DNA from: a virus
Taxonomy: Duplodnaviria; Caudoviricetes
Reading direction: 5' to 3' (one strand)
Length of the DNA stretch: 64,000 nt
IMG/VR virus record: IMGVR_UViG_3300035498_000956
The notes under the pieces are model-generated. The model was not told where the DNA came from, did no database searches, and saw only the letters and a list, made by a program, of their open reading frames with translations. Made by a program: the position numbers and the translations under genes. How positions within the stretch are numbered: position 1 is the stretch's first letter; each line of letters starts with the position of its first letter. Below are positions 1 through 10,771 of this stretch, in pieces.

Positions 1-1
1 C

Positions 2-3000
2 GTTTCTGGTAAGTGGAATATTGCTGATGATACAAAAAGATATGCAATGTTAATTGGTGATGGTACATCTGATACTAATCGTCATAACTTATTTGGCGTT
101 GGTTGGGATGGAAATATCTACATTAATGATATTGCTATTGATTTTACTAAACTTAATAATCTTAAAATTGAAGAAATTGACAGTGATGATACTACAGCAA
201 TAAAGGCATATAGATTAACTGATGGAACTGACACTTTAGGAGATATTATCAACATTCCTAAAGATTTAGTTGTAAAATCAGGTGAAGTACTTGAATGTAC
301 TGAAGAAAACAAGCCTCTAACTGGTTTGAAGGTTGGAGATAAATATATAGATTTGACTATTGCTAATTCTGATAACACTCATATTTACATTGATCTCAAG
401 GATTTAGTTGATCCATATGAATTACCAATAGCAACTGACACAATTCTTGGCGGCGTAAAAATTGATAAGTATACAATTCTTAGCAAAGATGATGGTACAA
501 TTTATGGTGTTGGCGCGGATGTAACTGGTAATGAATTTTCAATTACAACAACATCTGATAGTAACATAGAAACTACAACGTCATATACAGCAGGGACTGG
601 AGCAGAAGTCTTTAATGTATCTCAAAAGACCGCTAAAGGTATAATTAATGAAAATGTTGCGGCTGGTAATTATTCTCATGCAGAAGGTTTTGCAACTCAT
701 GCATTAGGAAATTACTCACATTCAGAAGGTAATCATACTACTGCATCAGGAGATAATGCTCATGCTGAAGGTATTGCAACTGAAGCTCAAGCTAATTTCT
801 CTCATGCTGAGGGTCAATCTACTATTGCATCAGGTTTATCAGCTCATGCAGAAGGAGCTGAAACTCATGCAACAAAAGATAATGCTCATGCTGAAGGTTC
901 TAATACTACTGCTAGTGGATACAATTCCCATGCAGAGGGCGCATCATCTCAAGCAACAGGCGATTTAGCTCATGCTGAAGGTCGTACAACTACTGCAAGT
1001 GGAGATTCATCTCACGCAGAGGGATATCAAACTCAAGCAACAGGTTATGTAACTCATGCAGAGGGCGTATCTACAAATGCATCAGGAGAATATTCTCACG
1101 CAGAGGGCAATGCTTCAATTGCAAGTGGATCTGTTTCTCATGCCGAAGGTAGTCAAACACAAGCAAATGGTATTAGTTCTCACTCAGAAGGATATTTTAT
1201 TGCAGAAACGGATGATACTAGTATAATTTATACTATAGCTGATGGAACAGGCTCTCACGCAGAGGGCGTTGGTACTCATGCTATTGAAGAGGGGTCACAC
1301 GCTGAAGGTTATAATACTATTGCAGGTCAAGAAGAAATTAAAAATGATTCAGACGAAATTACACAACAAAAGAGTACATATTGTCATGCAGAAGGATATA
1401 AGACTCAAGCTACTGGAGATATATCTCATGCAGAAGGTTGGAATACTCTCGCTAGTGGTACAAGATCTCACGCAGAGGGCGGAAAAACTACTGCAAGTGG
1501 AATTTATTCTCATGCAGAAGGAGTCAATACTACTGCAAGTAAGAGTTCTGCTCATGCAGAGGGCACTTCTACTAAAGCAATCGGACTCGGTTCACACGCA
1601 GAAGGCTTATATACTACTGCAAGTGGTAATTATGGTCATGCCGAAGGTAGTAATACAGAAGCGACTGGATATAACACTCATGCAGAAGGTGTATGGTCTA
1701 TTGCAAGCGGCGGAGCTTCTCACGCAGAAGGAACTTCTACTAAAGCACAAGGCGGCAATTCTCATGCAGAGGGTAGTAATACTACTGCAAGTGGTAATTA
1801 TTCTCACGCAGAGGGTACTGAATCAGTAGCATCTGGTGAAGCATCTCATGCACAAGGTACTGGTACTATCGCCGCGGGCGAAAATCAAGATGTTCTAGGT
1901 AAATGGAACATTTCTGATGACACTGAAAAATATGCGATGTTGATTGGCGATGGTACAGATGATGATAATCGTCATAATCTATTCGGTGTAGGCTGGGACG
2001 GAAATATCTATATCAATGATATTGCTATTGATATCAGAAAAATGGGAGATTTTAAAATTGAACAAATTGACAGTAGCAATAATTCAACAGTTAAATCCTA
2101 TAGATTAACCGATGGAACTCAAACTTTAGGTGATGTTATTGATATTCCTAAAGACTTGGTTGTAAAATCAGGTGAAGTTCTTGAATGTACTGAAGATGAT
2201 AAACCTTTAACTGGATTAAAAGTCGGGGATAAGTACATTGATTTGACTATTGCTAATACAGATAATACTCATATTTACATTGATTTAAAAGATTTAATCG
2301 ATCCATATGAATTGCCAATTGCTTCAGATACAGTTCTTGGCGGAGTTAAAATAGATAACTATACAATTTTAAATACAGAAGACGGAACAATTTATGGTGT
2401 CGGCGCGGATGTAACTGGTAATGAATTTTCAATTACTACCACTGATGCTGACAATCAAGATGTTACAAAGACATATACTGCTGGTACGGGAGCAGAAGTC
2501 TTTAATGTATCTCAAAAAACACCTAAGGGTATAACTAATGAAAATATTGCAACTGGTAACTATTCTCATGCAGAAGGATTGAATACTAAAGCATTGGGAA
2601 ATATGGCACACTCAGAAGGTAATAGAACAACGGCTAGTGGATATTATGCTCATGCCGAAGGTTATAGTACAACTGCAGAGGGTTATAATTCTCACGCAGA
2701 AGGATCAGGTAGTTCTACATCAGGAAGTGCTGCTCATGCAGAAGGATATAATACAATTGCTAGTGGCCATAGTGCTCATGCAGAAGGTAATGCTTCTACA
2801 GCTTCTGGCGCAACTACTCATGCGGAAGGTTCAGGAACTCAGGCAACAGGAGATACGTCTCACGCAGAAGGTAATACTTCAATAGCAAGCGGTAATAGTT
2901 CTCATGCTGAAGGTAGCACTACAATTGCGAATGGATTTAGCTCTCATGCAGAAGGCTCTGATTCAACTGTTGTTGGTGATGCAGGTCACGTTGAAGGATC

Positions 3001-4039
3001 TGCTAATATTTCTGCTGGTGAAGGTTCACACGCCGAAGGCGGAGCAACTCATGCTGGTGTAGATAGTAGTAATGTTTCTATTGATGATGATGGTAGCATT
3101 TCTATAGCAGAAGAAAATCAAGTTAATTATTGTCATGCTGAGGGTTATGGCACTCAAGCAAGTGGAGTAGCTGCTCATTCAGAGGGATATCAGACAAAAG
3201 CTACTGGAAATTATTCTCATGCTAGTGGCAATAAGACAATTGCTAGTGGTGAAGCATCATATGCACTTGGATATGACACTTTAGCTTCTGGAATTGGAAG
3301 CTTCGCGATAGGTATAAATACTCATGCTATTGGTGATTATAGCCATTCAGAAGGTAGCGATACTTACGCTTATGCTAAGCGCTCTCATGTTGAAGGATCT
3401 TTAACACATACAGGAAATAATGATAAAGTATTTACAGCTATCAATTTTTCAAATTCTTCCACAACAGAACAAGAAGTAAAAGAAGTAATTGATTTTAATA
3501 ATGATACAGGTCAGAATGCCCATGCAGAGGGCGATGCTACATACGCTTTAAGTTTATCTTCTCATGCAGAAGGCATTGAATCAATATCTGCAGGAAATTA
3601 TTCTCACGCTGAAGGTCAAAGCACAGCAGCTTTAGGTAAATGCGCACATTCAGAAGGCTATTACAGTAAAGCTAAAGGAAGTTCCTCTCATGCAGAAGGT
3701 TCAGGAACACTAGCACAAGGAGAATATTCTCATGCGGAAGGCCTAGAAACAACAGCACAAGGAAATTATTCTCATGCTAGTGGGCAAGGTACAGTAGCAG
3801 CAGCAGACGGATCTATGGCTATTGGTCAATATAATATAGCTGATGAAAATTATGCATTTACTATTGGTAATGGTACTAATAAGAACGATCGTAAAAATGC
3901 ATTTGCAATTGACTGGAATGGTAATATTTACTTAGGTGATACTACAGAAGGAATTAACTTAAATGATTTAAATGAAATGTTAGGTAACATTAAAGATGTT
4001 TTAGACACTATTGTAAACGCGGGAGGTAGTGAAGAATAA
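2..4039 (+). CDS. YadA-like (Hep/Hag) head-repeat adhesin / tail fibre, 5'-truncated by the window edge
   Basis: Dozens of 14-aa SHAEG repeats; the frame is open from position 2 (VSGKWNIADD, matching internal VLGKWNISDD); ~630-aa internal duplication. Confidence 0.8.
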   Translation, partial: VSGKWNIADDTKRYAMLIGDGTSDTNRHNLFGVGWDGNIYINDIAIDFTKLNNLKIEEIDSDDTTAIKAYRLTDGTDTLGDIINIPKDLVVKSGEVLECTEENKPLTGLKVGDKYIDLTIANSDNTHIYIDLKDLVDPYELPIATDTILGGVKIDKYTILSKDDGTIYGVGADVTGNEFSITTTSDSNIETTTSYTAGTGAEVFNVSQKTAKGIINENVAAGNYSHAEGFATHALGNYSHSEGNHTTASGDNAHAEGIATEAQANFSHAEGQSTIASGLSAHAEGAETHATKDNAHAEGSNTTASGYNSHAEGASSQATGDLAHAEGRTTTASGDSSHAEGYQTQATGYVTHAEGVSTNASGEYSHAEGNASIASGSVSHAEGSQTQANGISSHSEGYFIAETDDTSIIYTIADGTGSHAEGVGTHAIEEGSHAEGYNTIAGQEEIKNDSDEITQQKSTYCHAEGYKTQATGDISHAEGWNTLASGTRSHAEGGKTTASGIYSHAEGVNTTASKSSAHAEGTSTKAIGLGSHAEGLYTTASGNYGHAEGSNTEATGYNTHAEGVWSIASGGASHAEGTSTKAQGGNSHAEGSNTTASGNYSHAEGTESVASGEASHAQGTGTIAAGENQDVLGKWNISDDTEKYAMLIGDGTDDDNRHNLFGVGWDGNIYINDIAIDIRKMGDFKIEQIDSSNNSTVKSYRLTDGTQTLGDVIDIPKDLVVKSGEVLECTEDDKPLTGLKVGDKYIDLTIANTDNTHIYIDLKDLIDPYELPIASDTVLGGVKIDNYTILNTEDGTIYGVGADVTGNEFSITTTDADNQDVTKTYTAGTGAEVFNVSQKTPKGITNENIATGNYSHAEGLNTKALGNMAHSEGNRTTASGYYAHAEGYSTTAEGYNSHAEGSGSSTSGSAAHAEGYNTIASGHSAHAEGNASTASGATTHAEGSGTQATGDTSHAEGNTSIASGNSSHAEGSTTIANGFSSHAEGSDSTVVGDAGHVEGSANISAGEGSHAEGGATHAGVDSSNVSIDDDGSISIAEENQVNYCHAEGYGTQASGVAAHSEGYQTKATGNYSHASGNKTIASGEASYALGYDTLASGIGSFAIGINTHAIGDYSHSEGSDTYAYAKRSHVEGSLTHTGNNDKVFTAINFSNSSTTEQEVKEVIDFNNDTGQNAHAEGDATYALSLSSHAEGIESISAGNYSHAEGQSTAALGKCAHSEGYYSKAKGSSSHAEGSGTLAQGEYSHAEGLETTAQGNYSHASGQGTVAAADGSMAIGQYNIADENYAFTIGNGTNKNDRKNAFAIDWNGNIYLGDTTEGINLNDLNEMLGNIKDVLDTIVNAGGSEE

Positions 4040-5025
4040 TGGCTACAATTGCGGAACTCTTAAACGAATTAAAAGTTCAGCAGAAAAATTTAGCAGCTAA
4101 TCTAACTTCCAAAGGAGTCGAAGCCGAGGGGACTGAGAAACTTAATACCTTAGTCCCTAAGGTATTAGATATTCCTGTTGATGGAATAGATACAAGTGAT
4201 GCTACTGCTACTGCTGATGATATTTTATTAGATAAAACGGCATATGCCAATGGGAAAAAGATTACTGGTACTATTCTTTTACAAGAAGAACAAACAATCA
4301 TTCCTTCTACTATTAATAAAACAATTAGTAAGGGAATCTACATAAATGGAACTCAAACAATTCAAGGTGATGAAAATTTAATTCCCGAAAATATTAAAAA
4401 GGGGGTTTCAATTTTTGGAGTTGAAGGTACTTGTGAAGGTGGAGGAGATTCAACAGAAACACTAGACTCAATTCTATTTGACTCTTCAAGTTTTTCAAGT
4501 GCTCAAGAAACACTTAGTGCTTATGGCGACTTAATTTATATTACAGAAGACGATGGTGCAAGCTTTACTAAATTATCAGAAACTGATAAAATTGATAATA
4601 CAGATAATCAAAGTTATATTGGTGACAGCACTCGCCGTTATGGTATTTATATGGGTAACTGGGCAGATAATACAACAAAAAATGGCATTTTGTTTATGAA
4701 TCCAATTCAACTTAGTGCATCTCATATTTTATTCGTATTTAATTGTAATATTAATAGCTGGGCAAGCCAAACTCTTAATATGTATGCTATTAAAGCGACA
4801 GGAGAAACTGCAGATGAAATTGTAGCTTCTGTAGTAGAAAAAATTGCAGATGAAGATTTTGCAGCTACACAAACGGTTTCAATTAGCGGTACAAATAGTA
4901 ATACTAATTATTATATTCAAGCAAATGACATTTTAACCGCGGGAGATTACTATTTATATATTACAGGAACTCAAAAGGGACAAAATGATTTCTCATATGT
5001 CACTGTACAGGTAATCAATTATTAG
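4039..5025 (+). CDS. Tail-fibre-associated structural protein
   Basis: TSDATATADDILLDKTAYANG and ENLIPENIKKGVSIFGVEG motifs typical of clostridial phage tail fibres; coupled to the upstream gene; RBS GGAGG. Confidence 0.6.
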   Translation: MATIAELLNELKVQQKNLAANLTSKGVEAEGTEKLNTLVPKVLDIPVDGIDTSDATATADDILLDKTAYANGKKITGTILLQEEQTIIPSTINKTISKGIYINGTQTIQGDENLIPENIKKGVSIFGVEGTCEGGGDSTETLDSILFDSSSFSSAQETLSAYGDLIYITEDDGASFTKLSETDKIDNTDNQSYIGDSTRRYGIYMGNWADNTTKNGILFMNPIQLSASHILFVFNCNINSWASQTLNMYAIKATGETADEIVASVVEKIADEDFAATQTVSISGTNSNTNYYIQANDILTAGDYYLYITGTQKGQNDFSYVTVQVINY

Positions 5026-5035
5026 AGGTGATCAT

Positions 5036-5446
5036 ATGTATAGAATATCAAAAACAACTGTTGATGAAAGTAGTTATGAACTACTTTGTAGAACAATTTA
5101 TAAAATAACTTTAAGAGAAAATATTAAAAAAGTTGTTAAAAATTATACATATAATGAATATAATACCATCATTCAATATGATGGGGACGATATTCTTCAA
5201 TATATAGCAGACAATAGAGAAGCTTTAGTAGTGCAAGCAAAGAGGGATGAAGACGTTCAGACCGTTACAGATAAAATTGATAGTTATAATGCTAAGTTAA
5301 CAAAATATAGTAAAAAATTTGTTAATCTTTATCAAGATTATCTAGATGGTAACGCAACAGAAACAGAATTAAATGTTTTGTTAAAAACCATTTCGACTCT
5401 ACAGTCTTCAATTGAAACGCAACAGACAGAGTTGACAAATTTATAG
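5036..5446 (+). CDS. Hypothetical protein (possible tail-fibre chaperone)
   Basis: ORF with GAGGTG RBS; position after the fibre genes. Confidence 0.5.
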   Translation: MYRISKTTVDESSYELLCRTIYKITLRENIKKVVKNYTYNEYNTIIQYDGDDILQYIADNREALVVQAKRDEDVQTVTDKIDSYNAKLTKYSKKFVNLYQDYLDGNATETELNVLLKTISTLQSSIETQQTELTNL

Positions 5447-5458
5447 AGGTGAATATAA

Positions 5459-7054
5459 ATGGATATTAAATATAAATTAATAGACGTATCAAAGCATAAT
5501 GGGACTATTGATTTCTCAAGAGTAAAATCAGCAGGAATTGATGGCGTTATAATTCGTGCTGGGTATGGTAATAGCACAACTGATCCAAAGTTTGTAGAAT
5601 ACATTAAGGATGCTACAAATGCTGGTCTTCATGTTGGTGTCTATTGGTTTGGTTATGCTTATACAGATGCTTCTGCAAAACAGGAGGCAGAATATTGTAT
5701 TAGCGTTCTAAAACCATATCTTGGTAAAATTGATTTACCAGTTTATTACGATTGGGAATATGATAGTTATAATTATGCTGTTAAGAACGGTGTGACTCCA
5801 ACTAAGGCTACAATTTCTCAATGGACTAAAACATTCTGTTCTGCACTTGAAAAAGCAGGTTATTATGTTGGTGTCTATGGTAATGTTGATTATCTAACTA
5901 ATTACTTTACTGATGAGATTAAAAAGAATTATACAATTTGGGTAGCTCAATGGGCAAGTAAATGCACTTATAGTGGCAGTTATGATGTATGGCAATATGG
6001 AGCAGAAACTAATAAGATTGATAGTCAATATGTCGATGGTATTAGTGGTGTTGTTGATAAGGATTATTGCTATGTTGATTTTCCATCTATAATCAAGAGT
6101 AAAGGATTAAATGGATATACTGCAACTAAAACTACTGATACAACTACAACTACTGATACAACTACTAAATCAACTACAACAACTACTAGTTCCGCGGCGA
6201 AAAAAGGTGACGTTAATAATGATGGAAAAGTTGATGTTAATGATTTAGAAACTCTTGAACACGCTTATCTATATAAAGAAACTGATAAACTTGATAGTAC
6301 TGCGGCTGATATAAATGGCGATGGTAAAATTGATGCAAGTGATGTAACGGAATTAAAGAAAACTCTTATTGAGAGCGGACAGAGTGTTACAACTACTACT
6401 GATTCAACATCTACCAAAACAGAATCTACTACAACCAAAACAGAATCTACTACAACCAAAACAGAATCTACTTCAACAGCAACAGAATCTACTACGACTA
6501 AAACAACTACAACCTATCCAACTTTAACAAATTCTGTAGTGACTTATTCTCTAACGAAAGACGGTAGTACATATCTAAGCCCTCATTTCCAAGTTAAAGA
6601 ATTTGCGTCTACAAATGGCACGAAAACTTATTCAGATGATGTTTTAATTCATGGTAATCTAATCACAATGCTAGAGCAACTTTATGATAAACTAAATTGC
6701 ACATCAATAACAATCAATAGTGGCTATAGAACCGCAGCTCATGATAAAGCAATCGGCGGCTCTGGTTCTGGTCAACACGTTCTTGGTAAGGCGGCTGATA
6801 TCGTTTGCAAGAACAAGGATGGCGTTATAAATGCAAAAATAGTTTGTTGCGTTGCAGCCGATTTAGGTTTCGGTGGTGTAGCTAATATTTCTAGTAAATA
6901 TCAAGCAGTTCATGTTGATGTAAGATCTGGTAGTAAGTACTATGGCGATGAAATTAAAGGAACTAGTTCAATTTGGAAATACAACTCTAAGTGGACTGAT
7001 TTCTATACTTACTTTGGATTAACTGCTTCTGATGTAGCTAAATATACAGCATGA
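5459..7054 (+). CDS. Modular endolysin: GH25 muramidase + dockerin + peptidase M15A
   Basis: IDVSKHNG and YDWEY (GH25); GDVNNDGKVD..D / ADINGDGKIDASD (dockerin); SGYRT..H, SQH-like GQHVLGKAADI and VHVDVR (M15); Thr-rich linkers. Confidence 0.9.
   Translation: MDIKYKLIDVSKHNGTIDFSRVKSAGIDGVIIRAGYGNSTTDPKFVEYIKDATNAGLHVGVYWFGYAYTDASAKQEAEYCISVLKPYLGKIDLPVYYDWEYDSYNYAVKNGVTPTKATISQWTKTFCSALEKAGYYVGVYGNVDYLTNYFTDEIKKNYTIWVAQWASKCTYSGSYDVWQYGAETNKIDSQYVDGISGVVDKDYCYVDFPSIIKSKGLNGYTATKTTDTTTTTDTTTKSTTTTTSSAAKKGDVNNDGKVDVNDLETLEHAYLYKETDKLDSTAADINGDGKIDASDVTELKKTLIESGQSVTTTTDSTSTKTESTTTKTESTTTKTESTSTATESTTTKTTTTYPTLTNSVVTYSLTKDGSTYLSPHFQVKEFASTNGTKTYSDDVLIHGNLITMLEQLYDKLNCTSITINSGYRTAAHDKAIGGSGSGQHVLGKAADIVCKNKDGVINAKIVCCVAADLGFGGVANISSKYQAVHVDVRSGSKYYGDEIKGTSSIWKYNSKWTDFYTYFGLTASDVAKYTA
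6419..6505 (+). repeat. 21-bp coding repeat (TESTTTK) in the endolysin linker
   Basis: acagaatctactacaaccaaa repeated 3-4 times. Confidence 0.7.
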
Positions 7055-7896
7055 TAGAAAATAATGTAAAAAATATTGATGGGCTTGATGTCCATCAATA
7101 TTCTATTATACAGAACAATAGGACAAATCTTGATATGCCACAAAGATTAATGAAAAAAATTACTGGGATTTCATTATATCTTGAGGAACATCCAAATACT
7201 TATTCGGTAGAGGATTATCTAAATGATTTGTTTAATGGGGACAAAAAAGATTTTAGACCTCATTTTATAATTGATAGTAATCAAGTGTGGCAAATTTTGC
7301 CGCTAAAATTGTGTGGGTGGCATAGTGGAAAAGGTGGAGATGTCAGAAATAGACAACACATTTCAATTTTATGTATAGATATTCATGCGTTTGGAAGCGT
7401 TAGACAATTAATGGCAACGTTAATGTATCAGTTTAATATTTCAACAGATGATATTTATTTGTCAGATGGTTTTTCTTCTATTGATTTTAAATCAGAAAAA
7501 GAGGAATTAAAACAAATGGTAATTGATAGAAAAATTTTACATGGAGATAAGGTTATTTTGCCGTTTAAAATTAATTCAAACTTTTGGAAGAATTGCTCCA
7601 CAGATGGTGAGATTTATAGTATTAAAACTCCTATACAAAATTTTGAATGTGAGGGAATTGAATTTCGTACTCATACAATAAATGGAAAATGGACAGAATG
7701 GACTACTGGAGTAGCATATAAAATCAATCGTAGCCCTATTGATTTAATTGAATTTAGATCTCCTCAGTATGAGATTTATTATAAAGTTGGTAAGATGATT
7801 GGAAAAATGTCGAAATGGCAAAGTTCTGGTTCATATGGACAACAAATTAATAGAATACAGATATATGTGATTAAAAAGGAGGGAGAGGAATGTTAG
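7051..7896 (+). CDS. Amidase_2-like protein (catalytic residues apparently degenerate) with a C-terminal cell-wall-binding-like domain
   Basis: PHFIID..VWQILP....WHSG motif; no N-terminal HxT zinc ligand. Confidence 0.55.
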   Translation: MIENNVKNIDGLDVHQYSIIQNNRTNLDMPQRLMKKITGISLYLEEHPNTYSVEDYLNDLFNGDKKDFRPHFIIDSNQVWQILPLKLCGWHSGKGGDVRNRQHISILCIDIHAFGSVRQLMATLMYQFNISTDDIYLSDGFSSIDFKSEKEELKQMVIDRKILHGDKVILPFKINSNFWKNCSTDGEIYSIKTPIQNFECEGIEFRTHTINGKWTEWTTGVAYKINRSPIDLIEFRSPQYEIYYKVGKMIGKMSKWQSSGSYGQQINRIQIYVIKKEGEEC

Positions 7897-8192
7897 CAAC
7901 TCTTTTTGGAATTGATTCTACTACCTTATTAGGGTCGATTAGTGCTTTGGCGGCGATAACGAGTGTTATAGTAGAGATTTTAAAGAAGATTTTGCCAGAT
8001 AAAGTACCTACACAGATTGTGACTTTGATTGTGGGAATAATTGTTTCTTTGGTTTGTGTAATATTATTTTCTGGGATTAGTGTTTCTTCTATTGTTTTAG
8101 GAATATTAGAAGGATTTGGTGTTAGTTATGCTTCTATGTATGGATATGATACACTTAAGGATATTATTGATAAATTTGGTGGTGATGAGTAA
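7890..8192 (+). CDS. Putative holin
   Basis: 100 aa, about three hydrophobic segments, charged C-terminus, next to the lysins. Confidence 0.75.
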   Translation: MLATLFGIDSTTLLGSISALAAITSVIVEILKKILPDKVPTQIVTLIVGIIVSLVCVILFSGISVSSIVLGILEGFGVSYASMYGYDTLKDIIDKFGGDE

Positions 8193-10675
8193 TGGCTTCA
8201 GCTATTGGATATAAACAGACTACTGAAACAGAAACAGGTGAACAAGATACTCTATATATAAATGAAGTATGGGGTACTTTACCTGTGTTGATAGGAAATG
8301 TTTTAAGAGCAAATGCATGGACACCAATTCCTGAAAAGAATCGTCAAGGAAAACTTTATCGAACAGTGCGTACAGATGTTTATGAAACTGATTCTGATAA
8401 TATAGATTATACTTGTACTCAAGAAACAGGCGTTAGTCTTTTAATGCCTCAGTATGCGCGTAGAGTTGAAGTTGAAGATTTAGATAAAAATTTTTGGGTT
8501 ATTGGTAATTTATTAGATTCTGTTGTTAATGCATTATGGGGCGAAAAGAGTTTAGTAAAGACGGTTGAAGCATTGATTGATGAATTAAATGACGTAAAAA
8601 ATATGATTGGTGGTACAACAGTTGTAAGTGTTGATATGAGAATTGGAGATAATGATACTAAAAATGTATTTTCAACAATTGATTTACAAAATATGTATGT
8701 AGTTTTAAAAACAGATAGTTCATCAAGAGAATTTAAAGTGCCAATTTCACATTATAGCTCAACTACTAGTTCTAATGCACTGCGAGGTGTTTTTACTTCT
8801 TGGTCAGAAGTGTGCGCATATCATCGTGAACATCCAACAGTTGCTATTTTTGATGCAGATTTCTTTTTTGACTCAAATAATACGCAAATAGATCCTAATA
8901 ATAAGAAAACAGATGCTAATGGTAATGAAACGGAGATCAAGTGTTGTTCTCTTAGACAATATTTAAATTATATTATGACAAATGACATTGGTGTTGCAGA
9001 TTTACTTGATACAAATAATTATACATTACCAAACACTGCATATGTAGTTCTATTTGGTAAAGGGCAATATCAAATAGATAAGGAGAATAATACTTGTTTA
9101 AAAATGATTAAATATGACAGTGATGGAAATGAATTAGCTTGGACAAGATATCGATTTAATAGTAACACTTTATTTTTACAAGTAAATGATTTGTATAATT
9201 ATGAATTAGTTTCTTTTTCTTTAGGAACAAATAATCGTTATTTAGATTTGAGTAACAGCATAAAAAAATCATATTATGATCATCAGCAGAGTAATGTGAT
9301 TCATGACATTAACACTGAGCCACTTGATACACAATATAAAACAATGTTTTTGCAAAACAATTTTGGTGCATCAAATTATTTAGGAGACTTGTATACCTAT
9401 AGTGCAGTTCCTAATATTTTTATTAAAGATACTAATTCACCTGCATTAACAGATGGGACAGATTCTGAAGTAAAACGAGTAATCCCATTGACATATTTTA
9501 TACCCGAGTTAAATAACTATACTAATAATGTGACAAGTGTACAATTATATCAGCCAGATATTACTATTTGCAAATTTGATGTAGATGACTTTACTTATGA
9601 ACCAAAAACTTTACAGCATATTCAGTTATTAACTGATACGACTATTACTAATCCATTATTGGTTAATGAGTATAGTTTATCTGGCGTAAATGGTCAATGT
9701 GATTTATTTGCTGGACAAGGATATTTAGAGAATAATAAGTGTACGCAAACATTTGCAAATTTGTTTACTAATAGTAGTAATGCTGTAACAGCAAACGATA
9801 TCTCTCCAAGAATTAATCCTAGTGATTCAACAATCGTACAAGAAATTGATTCATTGAGAAAATTTTCTTTAGATTATAATAAATTTTATAGTGATGTAGT
9901 AAATTATACTCCTACAGCTCCAGCAACTAAATCTCTGTTTCATGATGCATTATATGGAGAATTATATGGAACAATATTATGGCAATTAATTAATAAATAT
10001 AATACAACAATCAGAAAATTAACGAATAATCAAACATCAAATCTATTAGAAACTTTAATGGGAAGCATTACTTATTATTATAGAAACATTATTTGTTGCA
10101 GTTTTGTTCGTGATAGGGCACGTAGAACGGCAAAACCTATTAATTTAGATAAGATGCAATTTAGGGGTACAGTAGGTAGTCACGCTTATCGTAATGCAAC
10201 ACATTATATGATCTTTGGAATTAGGAGACATGATCAGGTATATGAAACAGACGACTACATTAAAGACAATATAGGAGAACCTAAAAAGAATGAAATTAAT
10301 GCTTTATTTCCGGGTCGTATAGAATTAATTGATGTTGGAAAAACAGGATTGACAATTAGCAATTCTTCAGATAATGCTACATTACATACTGTTAAATTAT
10401 TTCAAATATATCAAGCAAATACAAAAGGTTGTTTTGATAGTGATTCATATGTAGGATTTAACGGTACTCATTTAAGTAATTATACATATTATCATGGTAC
10501 GAAAGAACAGGCACTAGGTGGAAGAAAAAATTTTATTGGTTATATAATATTATTATGGAGTCAAGATGGAGATAGTATAGAACATACAAATGAAGAAAAA
10601 GAAGGACAAACATTATGTCAAATTCGTAATTTCGCTTTATATGGTTCTACAGCTCCTGGATATGTTATTTATTAA
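8192..10675 (+). CDS. Large hypothetical protein (possibly virion-associated)
   Basis: 827-aa ORF at the end of the late operon. Confidence 0.6.
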   Translation: MASAIGYKQTTETETGEQDTLYINEVWGTLPVLIGNVLRANAWTPIPEKNRQGKLYRTVRTDVYETDSDNIDYTCTQETGVSLLMPQYARRVEVEDLDKNFWVIGNLLDSVVNALWGEKSLVKTVEALIDELNDVKNMIGGTTVVSVDMRIGDNDTKNVFSTIDLQNMYVVLKTDSSSREFKVPISHYSSTTSSNALRGVFTSWSEVCAYHREHPTVAIFDADFFFDSNNTQIDPNNKKTDANGNETEIKCCSLRQYLNYIMTNDIGVADLLDTNNYTLPNTAYVVLFGKGQYQIDKENNTCLKMIKYDSDGNELAWTRYRFNSNTLFLQVNDLYNYELVSFSLGTNNRYLDLSNSIKKSYYDHQQSNVIHDINTEPLDTQYKTMFLQNNFGASNYLGDLYTYSAVPNIFIKDTNSPALTDGTDSEVKRVIPLTYFIPELNNYTNNVTSVQLYQPDITICKFDVDDFTYEPKTLQHIQLLTDTTITNPLLVNEYSLSGVNGQCDLFAGQGYLENNKCTQTFANLFTNSSNAVTANDISPRINPSDSTIVQEIDSLRKFSLDYNKFYSDVVNYTPTAPATKSLFHDALYGELYGTILWQLINKYNTTIRKLTNNQTSNLLETLMGSITYYYRNIICCSFVRDRARRTAKPINLDKMQFRGTVGSHAYRNATHYMIFGIRRHDQVYETDDYIKDNIGEPKKNEINALFPGRIELIDVGKTGLTISNSSDNATLHTVKLFQIYQANTKGCFDSDSYVGFNGTHLSNYTYYHGTKEQALGGRKNFIGYIILLWSQDGDSIEHTNEEKEGQTLCQIRNFALYGSTAPGYVIY

Positions 10676-10681
10676 TAAATT

Positions 10682-10727
10682 AAGTCAAGCTTTACCGCTT
10701 GACTTTTTTTATAATCTATTCTATAAT
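10682..10727 (+). terminator. Intrinsic terminator overlapping a sigmaA promoter
   Basis: aagtcaagc/gcttgactt stem plus T-run; TTGACT(10699)-17 bp-TATAAT(10722). Confidence 0.8.
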
Positions 10728-10771
10728 AATAGAGTAAGATAAAAACACGACACATTAATGGAGGGATTAAT

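Noticed and set aside
118-2885. Alternative-frame and antisense ORFs inside the adhesin gene
   Set aside because: Shadows of repetitive codon usage
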